Source of the DNA: Paraspadella gotoi
Taxonomy: Eukaryota; Animalia; Chaetognatha
Length of the DNA stretch: 64,000 bases
Assembly: GCA_051294375.1 (NCBI GenBank)
Contig: CM119265.1
Span: 220,294 to 284,293, forward strand
Direction of reading: 5' to 3'
The first letter of the stretch is position 1. Each line of letters starts with the position of its first letter. The notes below the pieces were generated by a model that saw only the letters and a list, made by a program, of their open reading frames with translations, was not told the origin of the DNA and searched no databases. Shown here piece by piece: positions 10,026-21,400 of this stretch. Both the position numbers and the translations under genes were made by a program.

Positions 10026-10353
10026 AACAACTGTTGTAACCTGTCTTTGTTTTCTTCCTCCAGTCAGCACCCAGGGCGGTGGCTACAACAGTTGATATAT
10101 TTTTACCCAGTATATTTGTATATAATTGTTTTGAATTTTGAATTTTATACTTTTGTTTTTCGTATTCGTACGAATTGATTACTTTTTGCTTATTGATTCT
10201 CGTCAAGAGAAAGTCTGTCAAAGTCAATCGGAAGCGTCAATTTTAAAACCCATTTAATTTGAATATTTTAGTAATTTTTCATCATACTTAACAATCATTC
10301 ATTAGACGACAACGAATTTAATTGTGAAATATTAAGTACCTTATATTCCAACA

Positions 10354-10361
10354 GCGGGGGA
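10354..10361 (+). promoter_or_regulatory. Polypurine tract of A1
   Basis: GCGGGGGA immediately before the 3' LTR start. Same GGGGGA|LTR geometry at 30035 and 57282. Confidence 0.8.
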
Positions 10362-10946
10362 TTTGGCCGTCGAACGANNNNNNNNNNCAACAACAATACA
10401 AAATTAAAAAACAAAATCCCCGCTGTCAGGCCTAATGCCTAGAACAACTGTTGTAACCTGTCTTTGTTTTCTTCCTCCAGTCAGCACCCAGGGCGGTGGC
10501 TACAACAGTTGATATATTTTTACCCAGTATATTTGTATATAATTGTTTTGAATTTTGAATTTTATACTTTTGTTTTTCGTATTCGTACGAATTGATTACT
10601 TTTTGCTTATTGATTCTCGTCAAGAGAAAGTCTGTCAAAGTCNNNNNNNNNNNNNNNNNNNNNNNNNNNNNNNNNNNNNNNNNNNNNNNNNNNNNNNNNN
10701 NNNNNNNNNNNNNNNNNNNNNNNNNNNNNNNNNNNNNNNNNNGACTTTGACAGACTTTCTCTTGACGAGAATCAATAAGCAATTGATAATCAATTCGTAC
10801 GTGTACGAAAAACAATGGTATAAAATTTCAAAATTCGAAACAATTATGTACAATAATACTGGGTAAAAACAATATATCAACTGTTGTAACCACCGCCCTG
10901 GGTGCTGATTGGAGGAAGAAAACAAAGACTGGTTGCAACAGTTGAT

Positions 10947-13900
10947 CTAGGCATTAGGCCTGACAGCGGGGATTTTGTTTTTTGTTTTTGTATTGTCATT
11001 GTTATTGTTTTCCCCTTCCTGTCGTTTAATTAATTCCTTCAAAACTATAGCGTAAGTTGGGCGTTTTCTTAAGTCATAAGACTTGTGAGAAAAGTTTTCT
11101 GGTGTCGGTCTTGAAAACCTACACGTTGGCTCAGATCTTGGGTTTTCTTGATCGTTGTTGTTGTTCGCTCGGTTTTGATTTTCTAGCGGCGAAGTTGATT
11201 CACTTGTCTCTTGATTTGAGGGTGAAGTCGAGGTCTGAGGTTGATCTGGCGCCGGGAGTGGGTCCTGTGGGGGGGGAGGTAGATTTGTGGGAGAAGAGAG
11301 AGGTGTGGGGGGCGGGGAAGGTGTCGGGGAGGCCGCGCGCAGGTCCCGCCTATGAGTAGTCGCTGAACTTGATGCGCGGTTTCTCGAACGAGTAGTTCTT
11401 GAAGTTTGAGCTGGAATTCTTGTTCTCGGTCCCGGTTGTCGGCCAGGGCGTCTCTCTTGGCGCGGTTCCGGATCGTCTATCTGCCTGTCGTCTTCGCTGA
11501 CCCAGGCGGGTTTGACTCTGGCGATGTTGATCGTCTCGTGGCCTTTGCTGGGTATGTCGACGGTCATGTTGAGTCCATTGCGATGTACGACCCGGAAGGG
11601 ACCTTCATAGGGAGGAACAAGGGGGGGATGAACACCGGCTCGCCTAATGAATACATACTTTGCTGTATTGAGATTCGTAGGGATGTGGATTGCCGGTTGC
11701 CGGTGAGCAGATGTTTGCGTTGGCTGAAGGCGTGCCACTTCGACGCGGAGTCTTGACAATTGAGATCTTCTTTGTTGGTTTAGTCTTTCGTCGTTGACTT
11801 GTGGATCGCCTAGCATCGAGCCTGGTACGCCGATTCCTTCGCCAAAGACGAGGTCGGCGGCGGAGGCTCCGATGTCTTCTTTCACCGTTGTTCGAATTGC
11901 CAGTAGAGTAAGTGGCAATTTCCAATACCAGTTTTCTCTCTCGTTGTTTCCGAGCGCCATCAGAGATTCTTTTAGTCGCCTATGGAATCTCTCGACCATC
12001 CCATTCGCCTGTGGATGGTAGGCGGTTGTTGTCTGGTTTTTTATGCCCCATGTTTTGGTTAGTTGCTGCCATAGATTAGATGTAAACTGGGTTCCTCTAT
12101 CAGTGGTTATCACTGATGGTGTTCCAAAAACACTGATCCAGTTTAGACTTAATGCATCGATAATTGTGGGCGTTAATGTATTTGGTAGTGGTATAGCCGT
12201 TGGCCATCGTGAAAACCTGTCCACTATTGTTAGTAAATACATAAAACCGTTTGACTTGGGCATTTTGACGAGGTCCAAATTGAGATGTTGAAATCTTCGC
12301 GCTGGCACCTTGAAATCACCGATCTCTGGGACTGTGTGTTTACCGACTTTGGCGCGCTGGCAGTCGATACAATCTCTGGCCCAGCGCGTGACGTCTTGGC
12401 GCATTCCGGTCCATACGAATTTGGCCGCTACTGCCTTGCGAGTTGCTTCCACCCCTGGGTGGCCTAGTCCGTGGATGATGTCGAATATCTTTTTTCGCCA
12501 TGATCTTGGAACAAATGGGCGTGCCGGTCCGTTTGATATGTCGGCCAACAACTCCTGATCGCCGACGCGGATTTTTCTGAAGGTCAGACCTGTTCTAGCT
12601 TCTTCAGCGAGTTTTTGAAAGTCCGGGTCTAACGTCTGTTCGATAGCCATTTGTTCGAAGTTGACTTCAAAGCTTGTTAGTGAGGCAATTAATGCGCTTA
12701 CGTCCTCGAGGTGATTCTGTTTGATGGGACGATCCTCTTTGTCCTCGTTGTGCTGCTCTTCATTTCGAGGAGCTGCTGGAGTTTCACTGGAGGTCGTTGG
12801 AGTGGCTCTGGACGTTGTGGAGCGCTGTTTTGTCGATGATGGCGCTTTTTTCGTTGTCTCTGTCTCGCTGTCAGTCTTGTTGAGATTGTCGCCGACGTTG
12901 ACGCTCGAAGGTGCCGTTGACGGGGCGTTGGGGCGAGATAGGGCGTCAGCCACTACGTTGGCTTTGCCCTTGAGATAGCGCACATCCGTAGTGAACTCTG
13001 CGATAGCCGATAATTGATACGCTTGTCTCACTGTTTGTGGCTCCGATTTTTTCCTTATTGCTGACACCAGGCTTTGATGATCGGTATACAAGGTGAAGGC
13101 TCTGCCTTCCACCCAGTGACGGAAGTGGCGTACAGCGCGGAAAGCTCCATATAGCTCTCGATCGAATGGAGGCCATATCTTCTGGTTTTTGGCCAGCTTC
13201 GCGGAGAAGAAGGCCAAGGGCTCCCAGCCCTTGGGCCCTCTCTGTTCCAGAACGGCCCCTACTGCGTGGTCCGAGGCGTCGGTGGTGACGCACAGTTGGG
13301 CGCCGGTGCGAGGATGGTGAAGGAGTGACGCGGATATCAATCCGTCCTTTATAGCTTCAAAGGCTATTTCACAGTCGTTCGTCCAGTTGAGGGCCTTAGG
13401 TTTGCCGCTTAATGCTTCATATAGAGGGGCACACTTGTGGGCAACCTTGGGTATAAACCTCCTGTAGTAGTTTATCATGCCAAGGAACCTTTGGAGTTCC
13501 TTGACAGATGTTGGCCTGGTTGTTTCCTTCAAGGTTTGCACTCTGGCCGGAAGTGGTCGCACGCCATGTTTGTCGACTAAGAATCCTAGGAATTCTAAAG
13601 ATTCCTGGCCCAGTAAGCACTTCTTAGTATTTACTACTAAGCCGTTTTCGTCGAGCGCTCTGAAGACGCGTTCCAAATCCTGGAGGTGCTCTTCTGGCGT
13701 GGAGGATGCGACGAGAATGTCGTCTAAATAGACGAACGTATGAGGAATGTCTCCTAAGATCTCGTCCATCAGACGCTGAAAGTCTTGCCCAGCATTCTTA
13801 AGACCGAATGGGCAACGTGGGAAGACATAAAGTCCGAAGGGCGTGATAACGGCCGTTTTCTTGACGTCCTCCGGATTCACCGGTATCTGATGGTATCCTT

Positions 13901-14831
13901 TTAGCAAGTCGATTTTTGAAAAAATCGACTTGCCTTCGAGCTGCGAGTTGAAATCAGAGAGGAGTTTTACCGGATAACGGTCGTCGACGGTCTGGGCGTT
14001 CAGGCGACGGTAGTCGCCACAGCACCGCCATCCACCGTCCGGCTTAGAGACGACGTGAAGTGGTGACGACCACTCGGACTTTCCTCTTTTGGCGATTCCG
14101 AGCGACACCATCTTCTCTAGTTCTCTCTTGGCCACTGCAAGCTTCTCTGGGTCTAACCGACGGGCTCGTGATTGGCATGGTCTGCCCTCCGTCGGTATCG
14201 AGTGTGTCACACCGTGTCGTGGTTCCTTCATTTCGAAAGTCGGTGTTGAGAGCGAGGGGAAAGACTCGAGTAGTTTGTAATATCTCTCTCCGCTTCTATC
14301 GACGAAATTTACATGTAGCGCCGTTTCCTTGGAGGTCGACGCCGCGATCGTCGAGTAGTTTTGGAGATCGATGAGAAGGCCGTCTCTATGATTTGGAGCG
14401 AGGTAGTTTTCAGCTAAAAAGTCCGCTCCCAAAATATGTTGTTTGACATCGGCTACAACGAAACAATAGTCGAATTTGCGGTTCCCTAGTTGAACAGTCC
14501 TTTCCACTGTGCCGTAGCATGCAATTGACGAGCCGTTTGCCGCTTGCAACTTCATGAGAGGATCGGCGCCTCGGCTACGTTGTTGTGGAGTAGGGGGAAC
14601 AATCGACAATAGAGCGCCTCCATCTACCAACCATCTCGTTCGATCCCCGGCGTCCCTGATGTATATTAAGTCGTTTGACGCCGGTGATGTTGAAGAGTCT
14701 TGGGGGACGGCGTTCACCGTCGCCGGCCCCCCTTGGCATTTAAATCCTTTTTCTTTTGGGCGTCGTTGTATCTGTCGCATCCGGGGTCGCACGACCAGGC
14801 GTCGTCCCCGAATTTCGCATGTTTCGCGCAC
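10947..14831 (-). CDS. pol: Pol polyprotein (1294-aa ORF), family A copy 2
   Basis: Same domain motifs as A1 pol; uninterrupted ORF. Confidence 0.97.
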   Translation of the reverse strand: MRETCEIRGRRLVVRPRMRQIQRRPKEKGFKCQGGPATVNAVPQDSSTSPASNDLIYIRDAGDRTRWLVDGGALLSIVPPTPQQRSRGADPLMKLQAANGSSIACYGTVERTVQLGNRKFDYCFVVADVKQHILGADFLAENYLAPNHRDGLLIDLQNYSTIAASTSKETALHVNFVDRSGERYYKLLESFPSLSTPTFEMKEPRHGVTHSIPTEGRPCQSRARRLDPEKLAVAKRELEKMVSLGIAKRGKSEWSSPLHVVSKPDGGWRCCGDYRRLNAQTVDDRYPVKLLSDFNSQLEGKSIFSKIDLLKGYHQIPVNPEDVKKTAVITPFGLYVFPRCPFGLKNAGQDFQRLMDEILGDIPHTFVYLDDILVASSTPEEHLQDLERVFRALDENGLVVNTKKCLLGQESLEFLGFLVDKHGVRPLPARVQTLKETTRPTSVKELQRFLGMINYYRRFIPKVAHKCAPLYEALSGKPKALNWTNDCEIAFEAIKDGLISASLLHHPRTGAQLCVTTDASDHAVGAVLEQRGPKGWEPLAFFSAKLAKNQKIWPPFDRELYGAFRAVRHFRHWVEGRAFTLYTDHQSLVSAIRKKSEPQTVRQAYQLSAIAEFTTDVRYLKGKANVVADALSRPNAPSTAPSSVNVGDNLNKTDSETETTKKAPSSTKQRSTTSRATPTTSSETPAAPRNEEQHNEDKEDRPIKQNHLEDVSALIASLTSFEVNFEQMAIEQTLDPDFQKLAEEARTGLTFRKIRVGDQELLADISNGPARPFVPRSWRKKIFDIIHGLGHPGVEATRKAVAAKFVWTGMRQDVTRWARDCIDCQRAKVGKHTVPEIGDFKVPARRFQHLNLDLVKMPKSNGFMYLLTIVDRFSRWPTAIPLPNTLTPTIIDALSLNWISVFGTPSVITTDRGTQFTSNLWQQLTKTWGIKNQTTTAYHPQANGMVERFHRRLKESLMALGNNERENWYWKLPLTLLAIRTTVKEDIGASAADLVFGEGIGVPGSMLGDPQVNDERLNQQRRSQLSRLRVEVARLQPTQTSAHRQPAIHIPTNLNTAKYVFIRRAGVHPPLVPPYEGPFRVVHRNGLNMTVDIPSKGHETINIARVKPAWVSEDDRQIDDPEPRQERRPGRQPGPRTRIPAQTSRTTRSRNRASSSATTHRRDLRAASPTPSPPPTPLSSPTNLPPPPQDPLPAPDQPQTSTSPSNQETSESTSPLENQNRANNNNDQENPRSEPTCRFSRPTPENFSHKSYDLRKRPTYAIVLKELIKRQEGENNNNDNTKTKNKIPAVRPNA

Positions 14832-15775
14832 AACGTTGTGAGTTTCGCCTTATTTTTCGCCTTCTGATGTGGAGCTTGACGTTTTTTAGCGCCGTTTGAC
14901 CTTCTTGGACGATTGTCGACGGCGTTAATTGCGTCGTCGTCGTCTGTGTCACTCTCTGGGCGTTGTTGTCGCTCTCTGTCCACGTTGCTTATCAGTGAAG
15001 ATGTTTGTCGCAGCTTGATATTGCCGTCGCTGTCGAAGTGACGGTCTGCCAATTGGCAAAGATCATGGGCCGTGAGGTCGTCCGCCTTGTCTTCCAACTG
15101 TCGACGGATCTCTAGAGGCATCTCGCGCAAGATTTTTTCTTTTCTAATATCGTCTAGAGTTACATTTTTAGTTCTTTCCTCTAGCTGAGCGAGCATCTTG
15201 GATGGTTTTGCTGTGTCGACGTCGAGGGCGTCGATGATATGTGCAGCTTGTTGTCGGCGAGTCAGCCCATACTCTTTCCTTAAGTAGCTGATGAACTGAC
15301 GCCACGCCTCCTCTGTCGGTTCGCCGAAGAGAAATTTATTTATTGTAGGATCTACTCCGATGGCTATTTTAGACTCCAGGTGAGCGAATTTGGCCTTGGG
15401 CGCCGTTATGCCTGCTCGAGTGTAGGCCGCCTCCGTCCTCTTAATCCAAATTTCGATATTGGAGCTATCGAAGTCGGGCAGATCCGGCTTCCTATTTGAT
15501 GCCCTCTCTAAAGCGCGAGTTGCGGCCGCGAGCGCCGCGCGTAGTTCATCGTTTTCGTCCTGCAGTCCTCGCTGAGAAGTGCTGGCCGTTGCCATGTCGT
15601 CGTCCCTGTCGCCGGCGCCACTGAATTCGAATTCGGGAGCGGCGTCGGCAAATGCTGGTGACGGCGTGCGTGAGCGAAGGCCACTTCCAAAGCTGAAGGG
15701 AAGTTGCAGTCTTGAGGGGTCGTCGGCGTCTCGCTGGGCAGAGCGGAGTCGGGATCTCAAATCTGAGCCGCTCAT
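14714..15775 (-). CDS. gag: Gag (353 aa), family A copy 2
   Basis: Near-identical to A1 gag; CHCC knuckle. Confidence 0.92.
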   Translation of the reverse strand: MSGSDLRSRLRSAQRDADDPSRLQLPFSFGSGLRSRTPSPAFADAAPEFEFSGAGDRDDDMATASTSQRGLQDENDELRAALAAATRALERASNRKPDLPDFDSSNIEIWIKRTEAAYTRAGITAPKAKFAHLESKIAIGVDPTINKFLFGEPTEEAWRQFISYLRKEYGLTRRQQAAHIIDALDVDTAKPSKMLAQLEERTKNVTLDDIRKEKILREMPLEIRRQLEDKADDLTAHDLCQLADRHFDSDGNIKLRQTSSLISNVDRERQQRPESDTDDDDAINAVDNRPRRSNGAKKRQAPHQKAKNKAKLTTLCAKHAKFGDDAWSCDPGCDRYNDAQKKKDLNAKGGRRR

Positions 15776-15960
15776 TGATCGTCTTGGCTCCGTTATGTCG
15801 ATGGGGAATTCATGAAACAGTAGGAGAAGGAAAAAGCGTGAGCGGAACAGGCTATAAGCTTAATCCCAATTCCCTTCGCCTGTTCTTACCTGGAGAGAAG
15901 GTAAATTGAAGTTGGTTCCCCGTTTCGAAGTTGGTCCAGTTCGTCGTCGTGCTCACCATG

Positions 15961-16628
15961 TGTAGCAAGTACCAGAGTTACCGCTACAGCTGACGATGGA
16001 CACTTGATAACGGCAGTGTCACGTGACTAAAGAGATGGCGCCAAGTATGATAATAGTTGGCGATCAGCAAATGCAGGGAAAGCGGGCACGAGATAATATC
16101 CATTTCACTTTATTTGATGGAAAATATTTTGTTTGTTCTTCGAGATTAGATTCGATGAGATTAATTATTTATTTCATGAGATTAATTAATCCATAGATTC
16201 GAGATAAAAACATTTAATTCTTTATTCGAATGAGTTTCTCCAATATGAGTAATGTATTTCTTACATTAAGTATTGAGAATAAAAACGAGTTTGATATTAA
16301 AACGAATATAATGCGTTAGAGAAGAAACACAAAAACAAGACTGAAAACATTCTGTTTTCAGATTCAAAAGTAAACTGTCATCAAACAAAATGTTCTAAGA
16401 CTCAGAGTCATCTTGTTTTAGAAAATGGAATCAAAATAAGTTAAAGGAAAAACAAAAGATTCAATCGTTTTTAAAATCATTAATCAAGATATTAAGATCG
16501 ATGTTTTTCAGCCGCCCGGATGGCAGTGGGCTCTAAGCCAGGCGTCCCGGGACTCTCGGTACCGGGTTCGAATCCCGGAGCGGACTGATGATTTATAATT
16601 TAATTCATCTCTTCGTTCGACGGCTAAA
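15961..16628 (-). repeat. 5' LTR of A2 (about 668 bp)
   Basis: Minus strand reads GGGT|TTTAGCCG ... GCTACA|CA|TGG (PBS). Confidence 0.9.
16509..16587 (+). other. tRNA-like Pol III cassette in the A2 LTR
   Basis: TGGCAGTGGG A box, TGGC/GCCA D-like stem, GGGTTCGAATCCC B box/T arm, closing stem CAGCCGCCCGG / CCGGAGCGGACTG. Confidence 0.75.
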
Positions 16629-17065
16629 ACCCTAACCCTAACCCTAACCCTAACCCTAACCCTAACAACTTAACCCTAACACCCTAACCCTAACCCTAAC
16701 CCTAACCCTACCCTAACCCTCCTAACCCTAACCCTAACCCTACCCTAACCTAACCCTAACCCTAACCCTAACCCTAACCCTAACCCTAATAACCCTAACC
16801 ACCCTAACCCTAACCCTACCTAACCCCTAACAACCTAACCCTAACCCTAACCCTAACCCAACTAACCCTACCCTAACCCTACTAACCCTAACCCTAACCC
16901 TAACCCTAACCCTAACCCTAACCCTATAACCCTAACACCCTAACCCTAACCCCTAACCCTAACCCTACCTTAACCCTAACCCTAACCCTAACCCCTAACC
17001 CTAACCCTAACCCTAACCCTAACCCTAACCCTAACCCTAACCCTAACCCCCTAACCTAACCCTAA

Positions 17066-17098
<33 letters not shown>

Positions 17099-17194
17099 CC
17101 CTAACCCTAACCTAACTCCCTAACCCTAACCCCCTAACCCTAACCCTAACCCTAACCTCCTAACCCTAACCCTAACCCTAACCTAACCTACGCC
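16629..17194 (-). repeat. Telomeric (CCCTAA)n tract between A2 and C1
   Basis: Direct reading. Confidence 0.97.
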
Positions 17195-17882
17195 TGTGGC
17201 AACGTTGACAGAAGGCAGGTCCTGCTCAGCTTGACGTGACGAAGGGGCGTGGCAACTGGTGACGATTTGCATCTAATGATAATCAGCTTTGAGATTATCA
17301 GCAGGGAAAAGCAGCATTGTCTTAAACGAATTGTTTTTGTTTATTGTTTTAATAAACGAATTGTTTTGTTTATGTTTAATAAACATTTAACGATTGTTTT
17401 TGTTTTTAGAATCGACTTGTTTTGTTTGCAAATTTATTTTGGTGAGATAAAACAATTGAATTCGAGTTAAAGTTTTCTCTATTCCACTAATGTACTGACT
17501 TTATCATTTGAGAAGATAATAATTAAAACGATTTCGAGGATGAATAAGTTCAGTAAGTTTATTCATGAGAGATAAAAACCAGTCCTGAATTCACCTTCAA
17601 AAACAATCATTAAAGAAAGGCATCAATAAAAAAAAGGAATCGCCAGAGACATCTCTTGGATCTATCGATTTCAATTCGAGTTGGAAAACAAAAGGTTTAA
17701 GGTTGTTTCTAAAGCTTTAAATATGAAGTTTTTGAATCCTAATTGTCGGGGCTAGATCGGATGGCGAAGATCGGTGATCGAAGCGTCCCGACTTCTTAGA
17801 GCCTCTGGCGGGTTTCGATTCGCCGGGAAAGAATGAGTTTTTATTTCCAAAAAAATGAAATAACTCGCTCGAGACGGCTACA
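17195..17882 (-). repeat. 3' LTR of C1
   Basis: Direct repeat of 23412-24077, preceded on the minus strand by a G-rich PPT. Confidence 0.88.
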
Positions 17883-18378
17883 CGCCCCCCCTGTTGAAAT
17901 ATATAGCTTAATATATTATATCGATAAAATTTGTGTCGTCTATCGAGTGAGTGATAAAAGAAATGATGTATAAATAATACAAAATATTATAGGAATTTGT
18001 TATCGGTAAAATCCAAATTAAAAATGACTAACTGACTGACTCCAACAAAAATAAAAATTTGAAAAATATTTCTCGAGAAATAATCAATTTAAGCATTTCG
18101 AAAAAATAGAAAATACTAAAAATAATTGAATATTTACAATAAAAATCATTTCATAATAAAACACCGAATTGTGTTAAAATCTCGCTTGGCAGTCGGAGCA
18201 ATGCGCTGCGGATGACGCTGGACCAAGATTGGAATAAAGACGCTTCCGGCTGTTTGATGAGGTTAAAATTCGGAATTTTGTCATTTTTTGTCTTTTTTTG
18301 TTGTTGTTATTCTCCGTCTTTTTGTCTTAAAGAGCATCTCTTTCACACGACTGAAGTACATTGGCCGATTGTTATCCG

Positions 18379-18411
<33 letters not shown>

Positions 18412-21400
18412 GCTCTCGCTTTTGTCGAATGTTTTTATTGCGAGAAGTTTTTCTTTCGTCGGCTTAGAGAATCTCCACGTTGGCTCATTGTTTTTCGAAA
18501 GCCGTTGTTGTTGTTGTTTATTTTCGCTTTCTTCGTTTTCGGACTTGAAGTAGTTGAGCGGAAGAAGGCGTGGTAGAAGGGGAAAGATGGGAGGAAAAAA
18601 AAGACAAAGCGGATGGGGATAGGTTGGGGAGAGTTGGGGATGATTTGGGCGGGGGGGGAAGGAGGAGGAAGGAGGAGGAGGAGGAGGAGGAGGTGAGGAG
18701 AAGCGGCGCGTTGAGCTTCGGATCGGTTGTTACTCGTTGTTTGAGGCTGGCGTACGGGTCCCTGAGGCGCTGCTGGCGGCCATGGTCGGCCGCTCGTGGT
18801 CGTACTTCCGGTTCAATTTGCCTGCGAGTATTTCGTCGCTAAGCCATGCTGGTTTGAGCGCGAGCTATATTAAAGACTTCTCTCCCGTGCTTGGGGATTT
18901 CGATAGTCCAATATTTAGTCCGTTTCTATTTATGACTCTATATGGCCCTTCGTAAGGCGGGAACGAGTGGTGGTGGTACGCCTGCTCGACGTACAAAGAC
19001 ATATTTAGTCAGTTTCGAAAGATTAACTTGGAACATGAAATTGCTTGGCTGATGAATGGGCGGACGTGCTGTCCGGTTGAAGTCGAGCCACTTCGACGCG
19101 TATCTGGCCAACTGGTTTCTTCGCTTGTTTGTTGTTTAGGCTTGATTGTCGATTTGCCGTCTCCGAGTAAACTACGCGGGGACCGCTGATCCCTCACCGA
19201 AAACTAATCCGCTGCTGATGCCCCCAAGTCCTCTTTGACGGTGGTTCGAATGGCGAGCATAGTCATAAGGGCAGCTTCCTATACCAGTTCTCCTTCTCTT
19301 CTTCTTTCGCTAAATGCCATTTAATGATTCTTAAGCGCTTCCTGTGAAATCGTTCGACAAAGGCCGTTTGGCCTGAGGATGATACGCTGTTGTCGGTTGA
19401 TGCCTTGATCCCCCACTGCCTGGTGAGTTGGCGCCAGAGTGCTGAGTTAAAATGGTCCTATCTATCAGTTGTGATAACTGAGGCGTTCCGAAAGGTGCAA
19501 AATCCACCTCATGGCTGAAGTGCATCGAGGGACTGTCGATGTAGAGTGTCTTTGATGGGGAAAAAAAAAAAAAATAGCAGCCGGCCAAGCGTGAAAATCT
19601 GTCAGACGATTGTCAGTAAATGCTTATATACCATTGTGAGCTTTTGGCCATTTTTAACGAGGTCAAGGTTCAGCGTGTTGAAATCTCCTGGGTGGGATGT
19701 TTTGAAAATCGCCGATTTCTGGAACTATGTGCCTCGTTTACTTTGGCTTTTGACAGTGCTGGCAGTCTTCTTGCCCATTTCGATATATCTTTGCTTCATG
19801 CTGGTCCAGACAAACTTGCTGATATTGCTTTGCGTGTCGCCTCTACTCCCGGATGGCCTAAGCCATGCATGACGTCGAGATCTTTTTCTGCGCCAGGCTG
19901 TAGGGAGCGAAAATGGGCGGGCGGGGCCGTTTAGAGGATGTCCCGCTAGGCACGCTTTCGCTCGCCTACTTGGATTTTTTCTGAAGTTAAGCCAGACGGG
20001 CGTCCTCAGCGATTTTTTGAAGTCTGGATCGAGGCTTTGATCTCTGGCGCATTTGCTCGAAGTCGATATCATATGAGGTTTAGCGAATTGATGACGGCGA
20101 CGGCGTCTTCGAGTCGATTTGCTTTGATTGGCCTGTCCGACTTTCTCCATCGTGCATGCTTGTCGACTTGTTTGGGAAATGTTGAAGTCAGTTGTCGCCT
20201 CGTTTTGAAATGTCGCGCTTTGTCGCTGTGGACAGTGAGCGGAGCTGATGACGCATTTTTGGGCCGGCGAGAGGGCGTCGGCGACGAAAACGTTGGCTTT
20301 TCCCTTCAAGTATCGAATATCAGATAGTGTACTCGGCGATCACTTGAAAGCTGATAAGCTTTGTTCGAGCTGTCCTGAGGTTCGCTTTCTTCTTGATCGA
20401 CGGGACATAAAGGCTCTGAAATGATCTGTAATAAATCGTGAAGCTTCTTCCTTCGATCCAGTGCCGGAAGGTGGCGTACAGCTCTGAACGCCCCGTAAGA
20501 GTTCACGGATCTAAAGCGGTGGCCATAAATTTCTGATTTTTGGCCTTTCGCCGAAGAAAAAGGCTAAAGTTCCCATCCCTTTGGGCCCCCGTTGCTCCAA
20601 GACTGCTCGCAACTGCGTGGTCCGAGAGCGTCGGTCGTCAATACAGCAGCTGAGCGCCTGTGGAGGATGGTGGAGCATCGCTGCCTGGATGAGGCCCTCT
20701 TTGATCGATTCGAAGGCTTTTTTTCACATTCAGAGTTCCCAGTTTAAAGCCTTGGGTTTTCCTAACTTAAGCGCCTCGTAAAAGCGGGGCGCAACGGTGA
20801 GCGACTTTGGAACGAAACGTCGATAATAAATTTATCATTCCAAGAAATCTTTGAAGCTCCTCCCGTTTGTTGGCCTTGTAGTCTCCTGCAACGTTTGGAC
20901 TCGCTCCTTGTGGAGTGGTCTTACGGCGCGTCTTTGTCTACAAGGAAGCCCAAAACTCTAACGATTCTCTACTCGAGATACATTTCTTGGTATTGACGCA
21001 CTAGGCATTAGCTCAAAGTGTTTTGAAAGACATCTTTGCGAGATCTTGCAATGCTCCTCAGGGGAGATGAAGCCACCAAGATATCGTCTAGGTAAGACGA
21101 AATGTGATGAGGAACATCTCCCAGGTATTCTCATCCATCGGAGACGCTGGAAGTCCTGTCCTGCAATTCTTAAAGTCCAAATGGACAGCGAGGAAAGACG
21201 TATTCCCGATGGAGTTATAACAGCTGTCTTTTTGGACGTTCTTCTGGTTAACCGGTAATCTGATGATAACCTTTAGTAAGTCGAATTTTAGAAAAAATGC
21301 GACCTTAACCTTCCAACTGAGGCGTTGAAATCTGTGATGCAGTTTGACTGGATAAGCGGTCATCTATTGTTCTGTGGGTGTTTCAATTCCCTATATCACT

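Larger units (their letters stand above)
4345..10378 (+). mobile_element. Gypsy (CsRn1-like) LTR retrotransposon, family A copy 1, near full length
   Basis: 5' LTR, PBS, intact gag and pol, PPT GGGGGA and the start of the 3' LTR (TTTGGCCG at 10362), cut by an N gap. Confidence 0.95.
10743..16628 (-). mobile_element. Gypsy LTR retrotransposon, family A copy 2; 3' end lost in gap
   Basis: LTR 15961-16628, PBS 15945-15958, intact gag and pol closely related to but distinct from A1. Confidence 0.95.

Noticed and set aside
10388-10642. Direct repeat of about 9970-10224 that could be taken for an LTR
   Set aside because: It is the pol end and 3' UTR, is bounded by N gaps and has no TG/CA ends. 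A scaffolding overlap artefact.
16509-16587. Functional canonical tRNA genes
   Set aside because: The cloverleafs are imperfect (bulged acceptor stems, irregular anticodon arms), so they are reported only as tRNA-like.
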